A stretch of 64,000 nucleotides of DNA from Yuukianura sp. NJ FZ-2021 (lineage: Eukaryota): assembly GCA_046563655.1 (NCBI GenBank), contig CM102289.1, positions 9,424,001 through 9,488,000 on the forward strand. The letters are read 5' to 3'. The notes beneath the pieces are model-generated. The model was not told where the DNA came from and made no database searches. It saw nothing but the letters and a program-made list of their open reading frames with translations. The translations under genes and the position numbers were made by a program. Positions 45,801-60,800 of this stretch are shown here, one piece after another. The stretch's first letter is position 1; each line of letters starts with the position of its first letter.

Positions 45801-48800
45801 AAGTCTATATTGCATAACTTATGCATAGTACATTAGGTTAACTGCGTCCTAAGGAACGAAACATCTTATTACTTTAGTCCCTCCAGGCTTAGAGGCTTTT
45901 CCTGGTTTCAGTTTTGCTTATAGGCTTTTCCTGGTTTCAGCTTTGCTTATAGGCTTTTTCTCGTCTGTTTTACTTATAGGTTTTTTTTCCGTTTTACATT
46001 GTTTAACTTTCTATTTCAAATGCATTTTATCCTTGAGACTATAAAATACTATAGATAGACTATAGACTAAAAAAACTAGTACTTATAGACTCTGGCTGCA
46101 ATACATGATTCGAATGTAACTTTTTTTTTGTTGAAATGGGAATATTTTGCTCTGGGTTATGAAAATGATATTGGCTGTGTAAGGAAAAGGACTAAAAGAA
46201 AATGAAAAGTTCCGAAAGGAGAAAACTTTTCTCCGAATTTTGAATTTTTTCGTTGAATTTCAGATATTACGAAGGAGATTGTTAGAGTTGGGAAGTATAA
46301 CATTCCAATGAATTTTGGTTTCATTTGAACTGTGGAGTAACGTGAAGAAGATGAAACTGTTTACATAAAGTGAAGAAAAGAGGAGGAAATGGCGGGAAGC
46401 ATAAAAAATCTCATCTTGAGAGTTACAAAAGAGAAAGAAAAAGTGACTTCAATATCATCTTCTTCCTGAGAAAAACTTTTTCTTTAGTCAAAAGTTAGAA
46501 AAACATGCGTAATATCCTGGACTTGATTTGCATAACGCCACTCAATTCTGGGAATATGGAACTCACTGTGGTTTTTCCCAGAGAAAGTCTTTTGTTTTCC
46601 TTAACATTTCATCACATTAACCTAACATTTTTATGCATAACTTAACATTTTAATGCATAACCTAACATCTCTTTCCGCAAAAAGTCCTACTTTCGGATTT
46701 TTAGTTTCTTACTTTCACTTTTCAAAACAAACAATTCAATCTAGCTTTCTCTTTTTTAGAAAAAATTTGCGCAAAATGAATTTAATATGGTGGCATTGTA
46801 TAATTTGAATAACGAACTTTTAAGATGTTTTTTGTCGGTTTAGCCTAGTTTTTGGTTATCTTTCAAAATAACCGGAGGGAAAATTTTGAATTCAAAAGTT
46901 TGACGATATTGTTTGAAATTAACTTTATCAACCTTCGTTTTTGTAATGGAAAGTGGTGGAAGTAGGCTACTTAAATTTTAGCGCCAAAATTTAAGTGCCT
47001 CAGAATGTTCCAATTAGTCCAAACAGTTGTACTTTTGCCTGTTTGGCCTAAATCCTACTTCAAATTTAGTGTTGTTTTAAACAACACTTTTGCTTGCCCT
47101 GGTCAGCACATTTGAGAGGTTTAGTGAACTCCGCAGTTGAAAATGGGTAGGTCACATGACAAAGAGTAATTGTATTAGATTTTAATTAATCCCACAACAC
47201 CCTCTCTCAAATACATGCTAATTATTCTTACCATTTACGCATTTTAGGCTCGCACGAATTTCAAAAACTGAAAAAAAAAGTTTAGAGAAAAAAAACCTCG
47301 ATTCATGATGCTTCAGTCTATAAACTTTTATGAAAAATTTTTAATGTAGTTCTTGCATTCCAGTCTTAAAAATTTCGTAAAAGTAAACAAAGACAAAACA
47401 AAATTAAAAGTTTCGGTTTTGAGAGCGTTTAATTTAGAACAAAATCTTAGTTAAGCACAAAATTAATTTGTTCCGTTTGCAATCTTGAGTTCATAACTTT
47501 TGAAATGGACAAAACCTAATACACTGATCATCTATATTTGAGAGTTTTATGAATTCGAACATGTTGAATTGAAAATGCGAAAATGCTTTGTTGCAAGGAA
47601 GTTTAGTTGTAAAGATTTTATTAATTAAAAAATTTTCATTTTGGAGCTTATGATATTAAGTTTTCGGAGAAATAAAAAGTGAAAGTGGAGATTAAATCTC
47701 GCGCTCTTTTCAGTTCCATCTCCACGGCGAGTCTTGAAAAGCGCGTGAAAGTGGAGAAAGCTGTTCAGAAGTCTTTATTACAAAAGGAGAGAAGGAGATC
47801 AAACCATTATTAAATTCCAAAACGACATATTCCTCTGTCTTCCATGTTAAAAACTATACCTAACCTAACAAACTATGTTTTTAGTGTTGAACATAAGTTA
47901 TGACTTACCATCGTGTGTGACTTGGGTGCTTCTGGAATTGAGTACTATTGTTCCAGTAAACTCAAGGGACTAATATATCCTCTGACGTCAACACTAACTT
48001 CAAAAATGCCTAACGTCAAGTCTAAAAAACTAACGTAAAGACTAAAAACCTAACGTATAGCATAGTCATGTAGTGAATTAAATTTTTACAAGGGAGAAAG
48101 TTCTACACAAATTTTCCGTGTCTATCTCAAATAGCAGATCTCATCTTTCTTTTTATTTTCCACTTTCTCTCTCGGCGCTTATCAAACTCCCGCTTGAAAT
48201 TTTTCTCCAACCACCATATTTACCAAGTCTATTATTGTTCTTTGCCCAGCATAACCTAAAACCTAGTTTTTAGCCTAACATATAAAAACCTAGTTTTCAG
48301 CCTAACTTATAAAACGTAGTTTTTTGCCTATCCTGAAAAAAGTAAACTAACGCCCAACTTATTTTTTTTATGGACTGAGGGAGTGGAAGTTCAAAGGGTT
48401 TAATGACGTGAATAGTTTGTGTGCATGTCGTGTAAAGAGACAGAGCACGTAAAAGGTCATTTGGTGTAGTACTAGAACCAATCTACACGCATGCTACACT
48501 AGAATGCTTGGAAATACTGCCAGCACAAACTACTGCCAGCACATAGCCACAAAATGTCCACAAAAATCAGAATACTGTCATTAGGCTTTGGGTTTTGGTT
48601 GGAACTTTCACTTTTCCTGTGATCACTTTTTTAGAAAAAGAAAATTCTGAAGCGTGCGTGTTTCCTAGTCATAAAATAGTTTTTGGAAAAGCAGCTACAC
48701 GCGGCTCTTCGAACACCAAAATTCCAAGTTTTCTTCTCCAAAAGTACTTTTTACGAGGGACTAACAAAAAAGTGAACTGAACAGACCAAAATTACTTGGT

Positions 48801-51800
48801 CATAAAACACATATTTTTAGTGAAAGGTTCCAGAAAAAGTAGTTTTTTGAAAGAGTGATGCTCAAACTGAAGTTGAAAAAAAGTGAATTATTTTACTGTT
48901 TTCGATTAAGTTTCACACCTTGATTGAATTTGAATTTAGAACAAAAGTTAGAATAGCTTTCTAAAAATAAATTTTATGACATAGTTTTTGCTGATTAAGA
49001 TCTAAAATTTAGTAGAGTGGGCGGAGTTTTATTAAAGTAAAAAGCCGTCAAGGGCAAGTTAATGACAAAGTATGCGTCATAAAGAAAAGTCAAATCTTTG
49101 AAAAAAGCTCTCTTTTTCACTTTTTTCGAATTCTCGCTTTTTTCTTTTCATTTTTTTGGAGAAAATTCAGACAAAGAGAAATGGAAACGATGAAGGCTGA
49201 ATAATGCACACAGCTACTTTGGATTTTTGCATTGTGCATTTGCATTGCATGGGCGCTTATTTTGATAGAATCATATCCGGAACTTTACGGGTATTGGAAA
49301 TATTACAAGAGTTATGCTTTCTCCAACCCCCACTTTTCATGTTAGTACTATTTTTCAAATGTAACAACGTTACATTAGGCACAAATCGAACTGCACAGAA
49401 TGAATAGAAACGTAAAAGTTATACTCGCTTGGTTTGAAAAACAGAAAAACTTTCTCTTTTAAAAAAAAACTCATTTTTCTGTGCGAGACATTTGGAAAGT
49501 CAATTGGATTTTCAGACGCAGTAAATTGTTGTTTACATTTCGTGTTACAGGAACTGCACTTCATATTTTGATTGTCTTTGAATGTCAACATTTGTTGAAT
49601 GGATGCACTTAAGAAAGAAGAGGCTTTTGAGGAAAACACGAGATCATTAATTGGAAAATGTCAAATGAACATGCATGCCATGACCGTTTTCAAAAAAATT
49701 TCATTTCACTTTTTTCAGAAAAAAAAAACGCAAAAAAGCGGTCGGCGGAGCATTGACATGTCAGTATCAAGTGCTACTGTCAATCTAAAAGTTAGAATGA
49801 ACATGATTTTTTTTATTTTTTAGCATAACTTGTGTTAATATTTTTAGAGTTGTTAATTTAAAAAGTTATGTACAGTATGAGTGTGCTCGTTTAATTAAGA
49901 ATACAGTAAGACGTTATTTGGAGAAAGTGGAACTTTCTTTTCCTGAAGTTGTGCATGAAAATGACGAAGGTGTAACTAACCAAATTAACTTGATTACGTT
50001 GGGTTACTACCATAACTTTCTCCTGTTGGAACATCTTTGGTTGAGGTTATTAGCCTAACTTTCTCCTGGCTTTCATCTTGTTCCTTTAAGAACTTCTGTT
50101 TCAACAAGTTGTGATGAACATTCGTCATTGATAGAAGTTTTGTCTTTTCCACTTCAGTGTCTATTGATGTCACATGACACGAAATGTCAAAGTGAAAGCA
50201 GATTTTCTAATTACCAAAACACAAGTTAGAAACACAACTATGCAACTGACACGTGGAATCCATATCGACTTTTAAATTTTTGGAGCGGAGAAAAACCGAT
50301 ACCATAGTTATATTTTTTATTGTGCATAACGAGAACTGAAGTTTCGAGCAGAAATTTTAAACTGAATCAAAGTTTTAGTTTATGCTCAAGACTAGAGTTA
50401 TACCTGAGCAGATGAAATTAAAAAGAGCTGAATTCAGATAGATTCTTTACGGTATTCTGTTTTACGGTATTTTGTTTTACGGTATTATGTTTCACTGTAA
50501 CTGTAGTGCACCGCTAGAGTTGTGCTTAAAGTCGTAACACTTATTTTCCACACCTAAGGTTATAATTTAATGAGAATCTTTTGTAGCCCAGAGGGAGAAA
50601 GTACTAAAAGGACTTTATTTTGTTCCCAATTCGTTTGTTCTCTTCATTTCTCCTAACTTATAGTCTTAGTCTCTTATTATTATAGTCTTTATAGTCATAG
50701 TCTTTTATAGTCTCAGGGAGTCAGAGACCAGGGGAATGGGCATTGGAGGAGCAATAGCTCACAACAGACTTTAATTTATACCTTTCCACTACTCTCTTTT
50801 GTCTTCAGGAGAAAGTACGAGCGACAGGAGAACCAACTTTTTTCGATTTTAGTTCCATGACAAAAAGTACGGAAAAAAGTTGACAGGACACAACTTCTTC
50901 AACTTTTTTTTGCAAAATAATTTCACTAACTCTGAGGCTGATGAAGATTCCAACCATGTATAAGTTTTAAAAAAGTAAATTTTTTCCACTTTCGAACTCT
51001 GCTGCTGAAATTTCTGTGCACTTTTCTGCCGCCCAGGAACTTCCAAGCATAAGAAAAAATCAATTTCTGCGAAACGGAATTTGGGCCAACGTGAGGCGTC
51101 GTTTTCTAAACTGATTGTCGTTTGTACCTTGATACATTGGATACGTTTTAGGTCAGGAAATTCCCGACATTTTTTGTCCTGAACCGATGTGATTTTTGTG
51201 CTATTTTCATTTTATTGGAGTTTTTAGTTCAGTGGTACTTTGGAATAATAAATCCTTCTGCTGAACAAATACTTTAACTTACTTTATACGTTATTTTCTC
51301 CCTCTGGAAACATATTCAAAGGAAGTAATAGCCTGCATTCCATACTTTTACTTCTTACAACCAACTCAAATGAGATAACAGAAGAAAGTAATTGTACTAA
51401 ACCACTCTATAATTAACTTAACAAACACTAAAACTAACAATTTTAAACCAAAACATAACTATTGATAGCACAACATAACCTATTCACCTCTAGTTTAGAC
51501 TAACTTTTTTTAAATTTTTAGATCAAAAGTTGCTAGTGTGGTTGAAATATAGCTCCGAAGTGCGTCAGAAATACAAATTCAACACGAAATACGCAAAAGC
51601 AAATGTTTTGATTTTGAGTGTGCCAGAGGTCAATGACCTTTGAGCTTTTTAAAAAAGCTTATTTTTTTGAAGAGACTTGGAATTGCGGAGAGTATTTTTG
51701 TTGACAATTCCAATCTTCCAGAGTTCTGTTGTGAGACACACGAGATGCGATGAGTTCAGTTTTCGCCCAAGTCCAGACAAAGCACCGCCTCCAAATTGAT

Positions 51801-54800
51801 CCAGAGTGAAAACATGGGCAAAGTGTCGTCTTTTGCCAAATACTGAAGTTCACAACGCAGTTTGGCAAAAGTCCCACTCTCACAATCACACTCAAAAAAT
51901 ATCTTTCATTTTGTACAATTTGGGAGGAGGACACTCTCCACACGAAGCTTTTCTAAGGAAATTCCATTGTTTCATTTTTAGCTTTTTTCCAAATGGAATC
52001 CAAAATCCAGAAAAATCGAAAATTTTATGTAATCCATTTCCCAAAAGCTAAAAATCTCCCTCTACATTTACATAAAAGAAGATCAAAAAATGTGTAAAAA
52101 GTGTTTCGAGCTGGTGTTTACTGATTCAAAGATCTTAAATTTCAAAACTTCGAAAACAGTTTTGAGTAAAACTGTGGAAATTTTGAAAAGTTTGGTACTC
52201 TTGTACGTTGCAGAGTTCAATTAAGTTAAAAAGTAATTACTAAAAACTTACGTAGAAATCAAAATACACATTGAAACTTTAATTATCACTTGACCTAATT
52301 AATAAAATCTCAAAATAAGCAAAACTTCATACAAAATAGACAAAACATGGAAATTTTGACAGTGGAGGACAAAAACCCTGATGAAAATTTGTGCAGAATT
52401 TTAGTTTAATTTGTAGTTAACTTTGTTAAAGTGAAAGCAAACATAAAACTGTGCTTAATAATTTCTCCTGCCGGAGAAAAGAGTGAGAATTGTGTATTAA
52501 TAATCTAAATGAGTCGTTTGACCCACTTTTACTCTGAGCAATTCTCACACACTACTACAAGAATTCAGCATTTGTCACCCTGCCAAGCGGAATCAACAAA
52601 CCAGCATTTTGGAAAGTACTGCCAGTACTCAGCACCATTTCCCAAACAACTATGTTTCTCGTAATTATTTTGAAAATGTCATCGGAAGTAATTCTGACAC
52701 ACATTAAAAGAGATTTGTGCACTACCAAGGCACATTCCACGACCAACAGATTACATTAAGTTCTTACACAAAATTTCGAAATTTCAGAAATAGAATTTCA
52801 AAAGTCACAACTCCATTTCAACTTTTTTTTTCCAAATTGGACTAAAAAGAATGGAAATGTCAAGGGTTTTGAGTAATTTGATCCCTGAGAGAGAAAGTCT
52901 CTCAGAGAAAAGGAGTTTGTGAAGAAAACATCTTTTGTTTGAAAAGATTTTTTTTTCTAAAAAAAATTTCTAAAAAGACTTTTTTCTTGAAAACTTGAAA
53001 GGGTTTTGTTAAGAGATTTGTTGCTTGACTAGAAGTTGATTCAGCCTACACAGTATTAAAAGTCTTCAGTAAATTACTTTACTTTTCACTTTTTGCTCAA
53101 AAAATAAAGTAAAACAAAATTCCTCAGCAAAATTGAGAAGAATTTCAAGTTTCAAAAAATTGGAGAAAGTTGAAATCCAAAATTTTAAAAGTCCTCTTTC
53201 TCTACCACTCTTTTTTTTAAACTAGCGCGAAAAAGCGTAACTGTTCCTCCATTATTTGGAGAGACTGAGTTTGTAGAAGAAAAGTAAAAGACTTTCTCTT
53301 GTTTAATAGATTCCTTCCACCAGAAAGCTTCAAAAGAAAGTCATCATCTTCTTCTTCTACGCTAGAAATAATGGAGGTCTTGGGACGAACGAAATTCCTT
53401 TCATCTTCCTAAACTTCATTAGTCCTGCCTAGGCCAGAGGAGGTTTAACTACACAAGACACAAAAGAAAAGCATCTTCACTCCTCACCCTCCTCCCTCCT
53501 CCTCCTCCTCCTCCTCCTCCTCCTCATTCTACTGGAAAAACATCTTAGCATAACCAGAATAACGGAAGTTTTATTGTAAAAAACGGAGCATCCATCATGT
53601 TTTCCGGATTATGAAAATCCCGACTTTCTCCTCCCATTTAATTTCCTCATTCCAAAAAACTTCCTGTTTCGCTTCCTGTTTTCTCCTAAGATTCGTTTAG
53701 CTTGAGGCTAATTTCCATTTACATTCTTGTTCAATTTCAGTTCGATTAGGCTAAACTAACTTTATTAGGCTGCAGCATAACCTAGCTTGATATGTTAGGC
53801 TAACCTGAAAGTTAGGTTTTAGCCTAATCCAAAATGTTAGACTCTGGAGAAAGTTGTTTTCTCATTTCGAAGACTTCATTTGAAGTGATGAGGAAAACAT
53901 TTTCTCATCACTTCATTTCCGTTTTCAAGCAATTTCACTTCTGGAGAAAGTCATACAAGAGAAAGTAATCAATTTAATTAAGGACGCCAACATTTGAAAT
54001 TCCAAAAACATTTTGTGTTTTGTTTGCTAAGATTTAAATGGAAATTCAACTCCTTTCTCAAAATTTTGCACAAAGTTTAAAGTGAAAGCTTTCTCCTGGA
54101 TTCAAAAGACTTCCGTGCGTCCAAGAACCCAAGGGAGGATCTCATCTTTATTTAAGTTTTTCTCTGTTGCTGCCGGTGGGGCTCGATCCCCCGGCCCCAC
54201 CGTGGCGCTCCCTAAGCCTAACCGAAGAGACGAAGAGGGAATTGGGAAAAAGAGAAAGTGTAGTAGGTTTCTAGTAAAATATTTAATTTCGTTAGAAGTT
54301 TCCACTTCAAAAGTCAAAATGTTTACACAGTCCTGGTTCTAACTAACGAATACCTTTTGAGTTTTGGACTTTGCATGCTATTTAATCTTTAAATTGCTCA
54401 GCTTACCAGGCAAAAAGACTGCTGTTGACCACATCAAAAGCTCAAGTGAAAGTGTAGTGGTAACTACTGGTGATGATGATGCAAATGCTTTCTCGTTAAC
54501 TTTGAAATTTCCACTTTTTTGGAGCTTCCAAAATCCAAACTTTCGTAATTTAAAAACAACTTTAAAAGTTTTTCGGAGAAAAGCTGAAAGCGGGAAAACG
54601 GGAAAATTGATGAGGAAATTATGCAAAAACGTTAATTTTAAATTAAAGCAAAACTAAAACAGAGACTTTGATTAACCACGTCAAAAATGAAGCAGCAGAA
54701 GCGCTGTGCGGGAATCGACAAAAGTTTTCAAAATTTTGAAAATCAGAATTTGAAATTTTGAAAATTTGATACTTTGATGTATCCCGTTCCTGAAGCATAT

Positions 54801-57800
54801 ATTAGTCAAAATCAAAACTTTATAAACAACGTCCCACAACATCTCTATTAATTTTCCACACTTTCGAAAGTTCCAAAATTTTCAAAATTTCAAAAACTCA
54901 AAAAGCGGCAGAAATTGAGTCATAATTGACACACTTGAGAGTCTATTTTCATTTTAAGTTGTGAGAAACCAGCACTTTAGAGTTGTAAAATCAATGACAC
55001 AGAAACTGTTTCCAGCGGAAAATTTCAAATTTTGGCAGAAAGTGTGTACTAGAACATTGAAATGTGCTGGATACTGCCAGTTGTAAACGATTATTGCTAG
55101 GAACTAGAAGTACTTGAGGAGGACTTGAACGGCTTCCGTTCATCCAGCATCCAGCACATCCAGCATCCAGCATATCCAGCATCTAGCAAGTACTGAAGCC
55201 TAACTAATCTCCATCCTTCCATTAATAACCAATACTGTTAAGCCTTCTCTCTCACTTTCATTTTCTGAAAAGGGCTTTCCATTATACATAGTGTACATGA
55301 TCCCTTTTTCAAAGGCCTTTTCATAATTCCTTTCCAAAATTTTGAAAATTTCGTGAATTAACGATTAACTAACACTGAAGAGACTTAAACACGCTTTTGA
55401 AATAATATACTGAGAACATGGAATTATGTCAACCGTGTGAATTTTTCAAAACACCAGCGCTTTCACTTTATCAAATTCTCAGTGTCTTTTGCACGACAGG
55501 AGAAAATGCGTTTTTGAAATTTTCCCGGGCTCTCAAAAGCGAGAGCGGGAAAATTTTGAAAAGCGGAGGGAGTAACTATTATAAATGGGAGATATTAAAG
55601 TTATTACTGTCAAAATGAGCTCAAGGAGATTATTATGTGGAAGCGGATAATTCAAACTCCTTGTCTTCAAATTTAAAAAAAAAGATGAACTTGGCAGGGG
55701 AAAATTTCGAAAACTGAGATGATGAAGAGCTAATTCGGGATTTCTAAAGTGAAAGTCGACAGATTCTGAATCTAAGAAGTTAAAAAATAAGTTTTGAAAT
55801 GAAATTTTTTTTGGCGGGAAATCTTTCTAGTGCCAGACTTTCTGCTGCAGTAGGATTTGAGTCATAATGGAATTATCTGGTGAGGATAAGGAGATGACAG
55901 GAAAGGAAAAACTTCATTTTGGGGAGCATTGTGTTGGTTCTGAGATTTGGGAATGTGGGGCATGATTCTAATGCGATTTAAATGTCAACAACACTACTTT
56001 TCAGTTCCATTTCTATCAAGTTTCTTTGTACTGTTGGATTTTTGTCCAATTCCGTACATTTTTGTGTCGTACAAAATCAATAGTAATTTTGTACTGAGGA
56101 AAAAGGTTCCTCTGGGAAAAGTGGGAGTCCAGTGGAGTGAAAGGAGTGAAAAGTGCCTTACCGACGACTCGTAGGTGGATGTAGTGACTTTGATGTGGTG
56201 TGGTGGAGACTTGGCATTCGTAGATCCCTTGGTCTCTGTGCTGGGGGTACTTGATCATGAGCGCATAGTCGTCAGAGTTCGGTTGATGGATTGCTCGAAA
56301 CCTTTGGTCCGTCGTGTACCTTTCAAAAAAAATAATTTTCAAAAAAGTTGAAATGAAATCTAACTCAAAATGTTGAAATATTTCAATTTCAGAAGCCTTG
56401 TAGAATTCCTGAAACTTTTTTTTGCCAAAAATATATCACAGCAGTTAGGGCCATCGTGAAGGGAATGGGCCCAATACCGTCACTATAACCCTAACTCACA
56501 ACTATGTATTATCAAAAAACTTAAATTTTGTTGTTGTTGTTTTTTTTTTTGAAATTTTGATTCAAAAACTAAATTTTGTAAAACTTTAAAACCTTACGTG
56601 TATCGTCCCACAGTGAGTAGATGAATGTCACGGTGTCTCACCCAAGAAACCTAAAAAAATCAAATCAAAATTTTTACTGAACTTTTCATTTGTACAAGCA
56701 GCAACAATTTCTATTTTGATTAGTGTTTTCAAGTGTTGCTGGAATGAAACTTTTTAGTATTTTTTTTACGTGAAACCTGAAAATCGTTAATTTGGAATTA
56801 ACTTTTTTTGAAAAGCGTGAAAGGCGATTACAATCAAGCCAAAGTCCACACTTCCACGAAAAGTGATTGAAGTTGAGTAGATTCTAGAATGGTTCTGGAC
56901 AGTTTCTTCCACTCTGCCATTTATTTAGTTCCTAAATTCCACTTTCACCACTTTCTCTCCACCTAACCTCATCTCTCAGCTGAAATTGATGAAAAGTGGG
57001 GCTGCGGTGGGACTTTTTCTGGTGGGTCGTCGTTACAAAGTGACTTTTAGTGGGGCGACGTGACTCAAAATCCAATTCAGTCTCTTCTCCTGCCCCACTT
57101 ATTGTTTCACCCTATAAGAGAAAATGGTCCAAGGAGATTCTGGGCCAAAGTTTGGCGCCATTTGCCAAAATCTTATGCACGAACACTTCTCCAAGGTTCA
57201 ATTTAAGATTTAGAAGAAGGAAGGAGAAGGTGTGACCCATATTCTTAATAACGTAAGCGACACATAGTAAGATTAGGTTAACGTTGTGTTAGGTTAACAT
57301 TGGAGAAAGCGGAAGGAGAAAGTGCGCGGTAAATCAAAAAGTTATTACACGGTGTCTCACCTCCTAAAAACCCTTGTCACGTCCCTTCAAAAAGTATTAT
57401 TCTCCCTAAAAATGGGAAACCAAGTGTTTAAACAGCTCAATTTTTCATGCTTTTTTCAAAAAGGAGCAATTTTGATTCGAAAACTTTCTTGACGTTGTTT
57501 AAAAAAAGAAAATTGAAAACACAATTGGCCACGTACGGCGTTAAAATGTAAAAATCTTTTCACAACTTTTTCGGCGATACAAGAAGTAGTGAAAGAGAAT
57601 TTTTTTTTTTTTTGCATTTTTTTTTGTTTGTATGAACTTTATTGAAAAGGTAATTACTGTAGTAGCGTAAGGAGGCGTTTGGGGCTTTTGTGAAGTCTTG
57701 TTTTCTGCTTGAAGGGCTCCTTTGTCCCTTATTTTTGTGAGTTCCTTGAATGAAGGGCTCCTCAAAGATGTATTGTTCGGAGGAGTGAAAGTTGCCAATT

Positions 57801-60800
57801 GTGCTTGTCTTGTCAGGGAAAGTCTTTCTCTCAAAACAAGTTCTCCGGAGGGTTGGAAACAATTTCTTAAGGTGACATCAAGGCATCTGCAGTGTCAACT
57901 TCACGCTACATCCTCACACAACAACGATTTCCAAAAAAAAATCAACTAATCGCCTGATTTCTCAGAAAAAAGAGTCCAAACTAATCGCCTGATTTCTTAG
58001 AAAAAGGTGTACAAACTAATCATCTGATTTTTGAAGACAAAAACGGCTAAATGGCCTCGATTTGTAGGAGTTTTTTTACAGCAACCAAAATTTTACGATT
58101 TTTTGAAAAATTTAATCCAGAGAACTTAAATTCCCCAACTTTAAAGCAAAAAAAAAGTTGTTTCGTACAATTCTTGAGTAGTTTTTGAAACTGTTGAGAG
58201 GTCACGACAGGTCACAATTTTTTTTGCTTCTTTTGTTTGCTTAAATTGTGTCTCAAGGGTTGCAGCGCTTGAGCTTAGGCTTATAACACGCACTCGTGTC
58301 TTTTGCACTCACGCACCATGCGCGCGTCTTTTCTTGTTTGAACAACTAGAAAGCGGCGCAATTTAAATGATCCAATTATAGATTTAAACTGACTTTTAAG
58401 ATCAAAAGGCCTTTGTTCTTTTTGTTTGAAAACTGTGCATATCCATGAGATCCCATTATTATTCCATTCTCCTTTGAACTGATTAAATGCAAGGCTTCTC
58501 CAGCGTTTCCAGCAGCATTACTTTCTCCAGGCGCTCCGGCAGCATTACTTTGTCCATTTTTTCTTCAAAAAAAATTCAAAATGCAATAGGCGCTGTTCCT
58601 CCGGCGTCTTTTGATCTTCTGATATCGTATTTTTTTGAAAAAAGAATAAAAGGAATTTGAAAGGTCCAGTCACATATTTTCTATTCCCCGGATCAAGCTG
58701 CTCATATCAAACAGAAAAAGCAGGCTTTCCCGCTTTTTTTGAATTTTGAACTCACGTACATTTTCTACATTCAGTTCGGGAAGAAAATTGGGCCAGTTTT
58801 TTTGAAAATCTGAATCGGCTTTTTGACATTTTATAACAAGTGAAAGTTGAAAGTGAATGAATAGGAGGAGGGCAGTGGACGTGTAAGCATTAAAATTTAA
58901 AACACGCTCTAAATTATTGATTTTCACTCTCAATTCTGGAACGATCAAAATCCAGAAGGTGTGAGTTCGACATGAATATTTTAAACTTCCAAAAACATGA
59001 AACGAAACAATCAAATTTAATTGTTATTCAAAACTTTAAAGAAAAATGTGCTCCGAACTTTTTTTTCTCGGAAGGTGAAAGTTTTTTTTTAAATTGCTAA
59101 AGTGAAAGTGCTTTCACAAGTCCAAAACAAAAGTTGAATTTATTTTGTTGGTTCAGAATTTTTGGAAACACGTTTCCAGAATTATCAAATTTAAGATTTC
59201 ACGTTCCACAGGATGAAAAAAATTGTGCTTTTATTTCCGTTTTTTCTTCATTTCCGCTTTTCTTTTGGCACACTTTCTCCATCCAATTGTAATTTCCAGT
59301 GCTTTTATTTTGGAATTTTTTTTTGAAAGTAGTACTTTCAAGTGGAAGTGGAATTCAAAGGAAATTGGAGGCGGAGGTGGATGGTGTAATAATTCCAAAA
59401 TCCACGGGGGGAAAGGAATGAAAGTAAAAGTACAAAAAGTGAAAGTTTTGATTCCTTTCTTCTCCTGCACAGATTCCCTTTTTTTTTGCCTTTACAAAAA
59501 AGTATAGATTTGGCTTTGTTATCCAGCTTTTCCTTTTACTCCAACATCACACATCTAAGATCTTATCGAGGATACACGAACTCGATATACTCGATATCTC
59601 TGTATATCTCCCAAAGCTCTCAGATTCCAATTTCAAAGAGTTCCAGAATCTAAGGGCACAGGCACGAAGATCTTATCCACCAAAAATCATTTCCACTTCC
59701 AAAAACTAAGTTCACGCACAGAAATACAGTCTCACTATGCCCCAACACTGTCACTTTTTGTCCAACTTTCTGCCAGATTGGAGTCGACAGAGTGACCTCA
59801 ATATGAAATAGTAGATTCCTCTTTTCAATCTAAAAATATCATGAATTGAGAGTTCCTTTGTGGATGAACTGTTCATTTGGAGTAGCCTAACCTTAGGCTA
59901 ACCAAAAACCTAACTTAAACACAAAACCTAACGTATGTTAGTAGCCTCCAGCAGGAGTTTCCAAATTCTGCGGATGGTTTAGTTGTCATTAGCCCTCAGC
60001 TTCCACCAGCCACGCTTCAACGACTTTACGCCTCGTTAAAATTAATAGCAACTGCCCTTACAGGCTCTTGCATAACCTAATCCTAACCTAACGTGAATCC
60101 AATGCTAAAAAAGACTAGCCTGACGTGAACCTAATGTTAACCTAATGTAAAATTTAGTGTTGAAAGGTATGGAGTGAAATTAGTTGGAAATTACCACAAG
60201 GGGAATCCAATAACTTCGACTGACTCTCTTTAATTTTCAAAATTAGTTTGGCTTATCATAGTTTATTGCAGGAAATTCTAATTAAAAAGTGTGATTAACG
60301 AAGTGAAGTAGAAGGATTGATGGTACTTGTGGCACAAAAGTTATTAAAATTAAACAGAACTTGGCACAAATTGGATTCTGGAGAAAAAGTCAAAATGTCG
60401 AAATTAAATTTTTGACTTTTGATTGTCACTGTAACATTTTCATCAACCTGTAAATTAATAGCTCTCGTCGCTGTCGAAATCTTTGGCTTTTTTTTAAAAG
60501 TGAACTTTCATTTTTTTTTTTTTTTGAAAAACTTTGGTACTGGATTTGGTCTAATTCAAAACATGCGTTTTGGCTTTTGCCTTCCTGTTTTGTTTTTTTT
60601 CAAAAACGATTTATTATGGTTATCCATTTTGAGAAAGCGGAAACGGAAGTTCGCATAATCAATCACACGGAGATAAGTGGACTCTAGTGGCACTTTTTAG
60701 TTTTTTGAACTTAACACTGAATTTCAAAGTCTTGAGCACTTTTTTTCTAACAAAAAAACTAATGTTATGTTTGGTTAGGTTAGTTTTGTGTTCACTTTGT

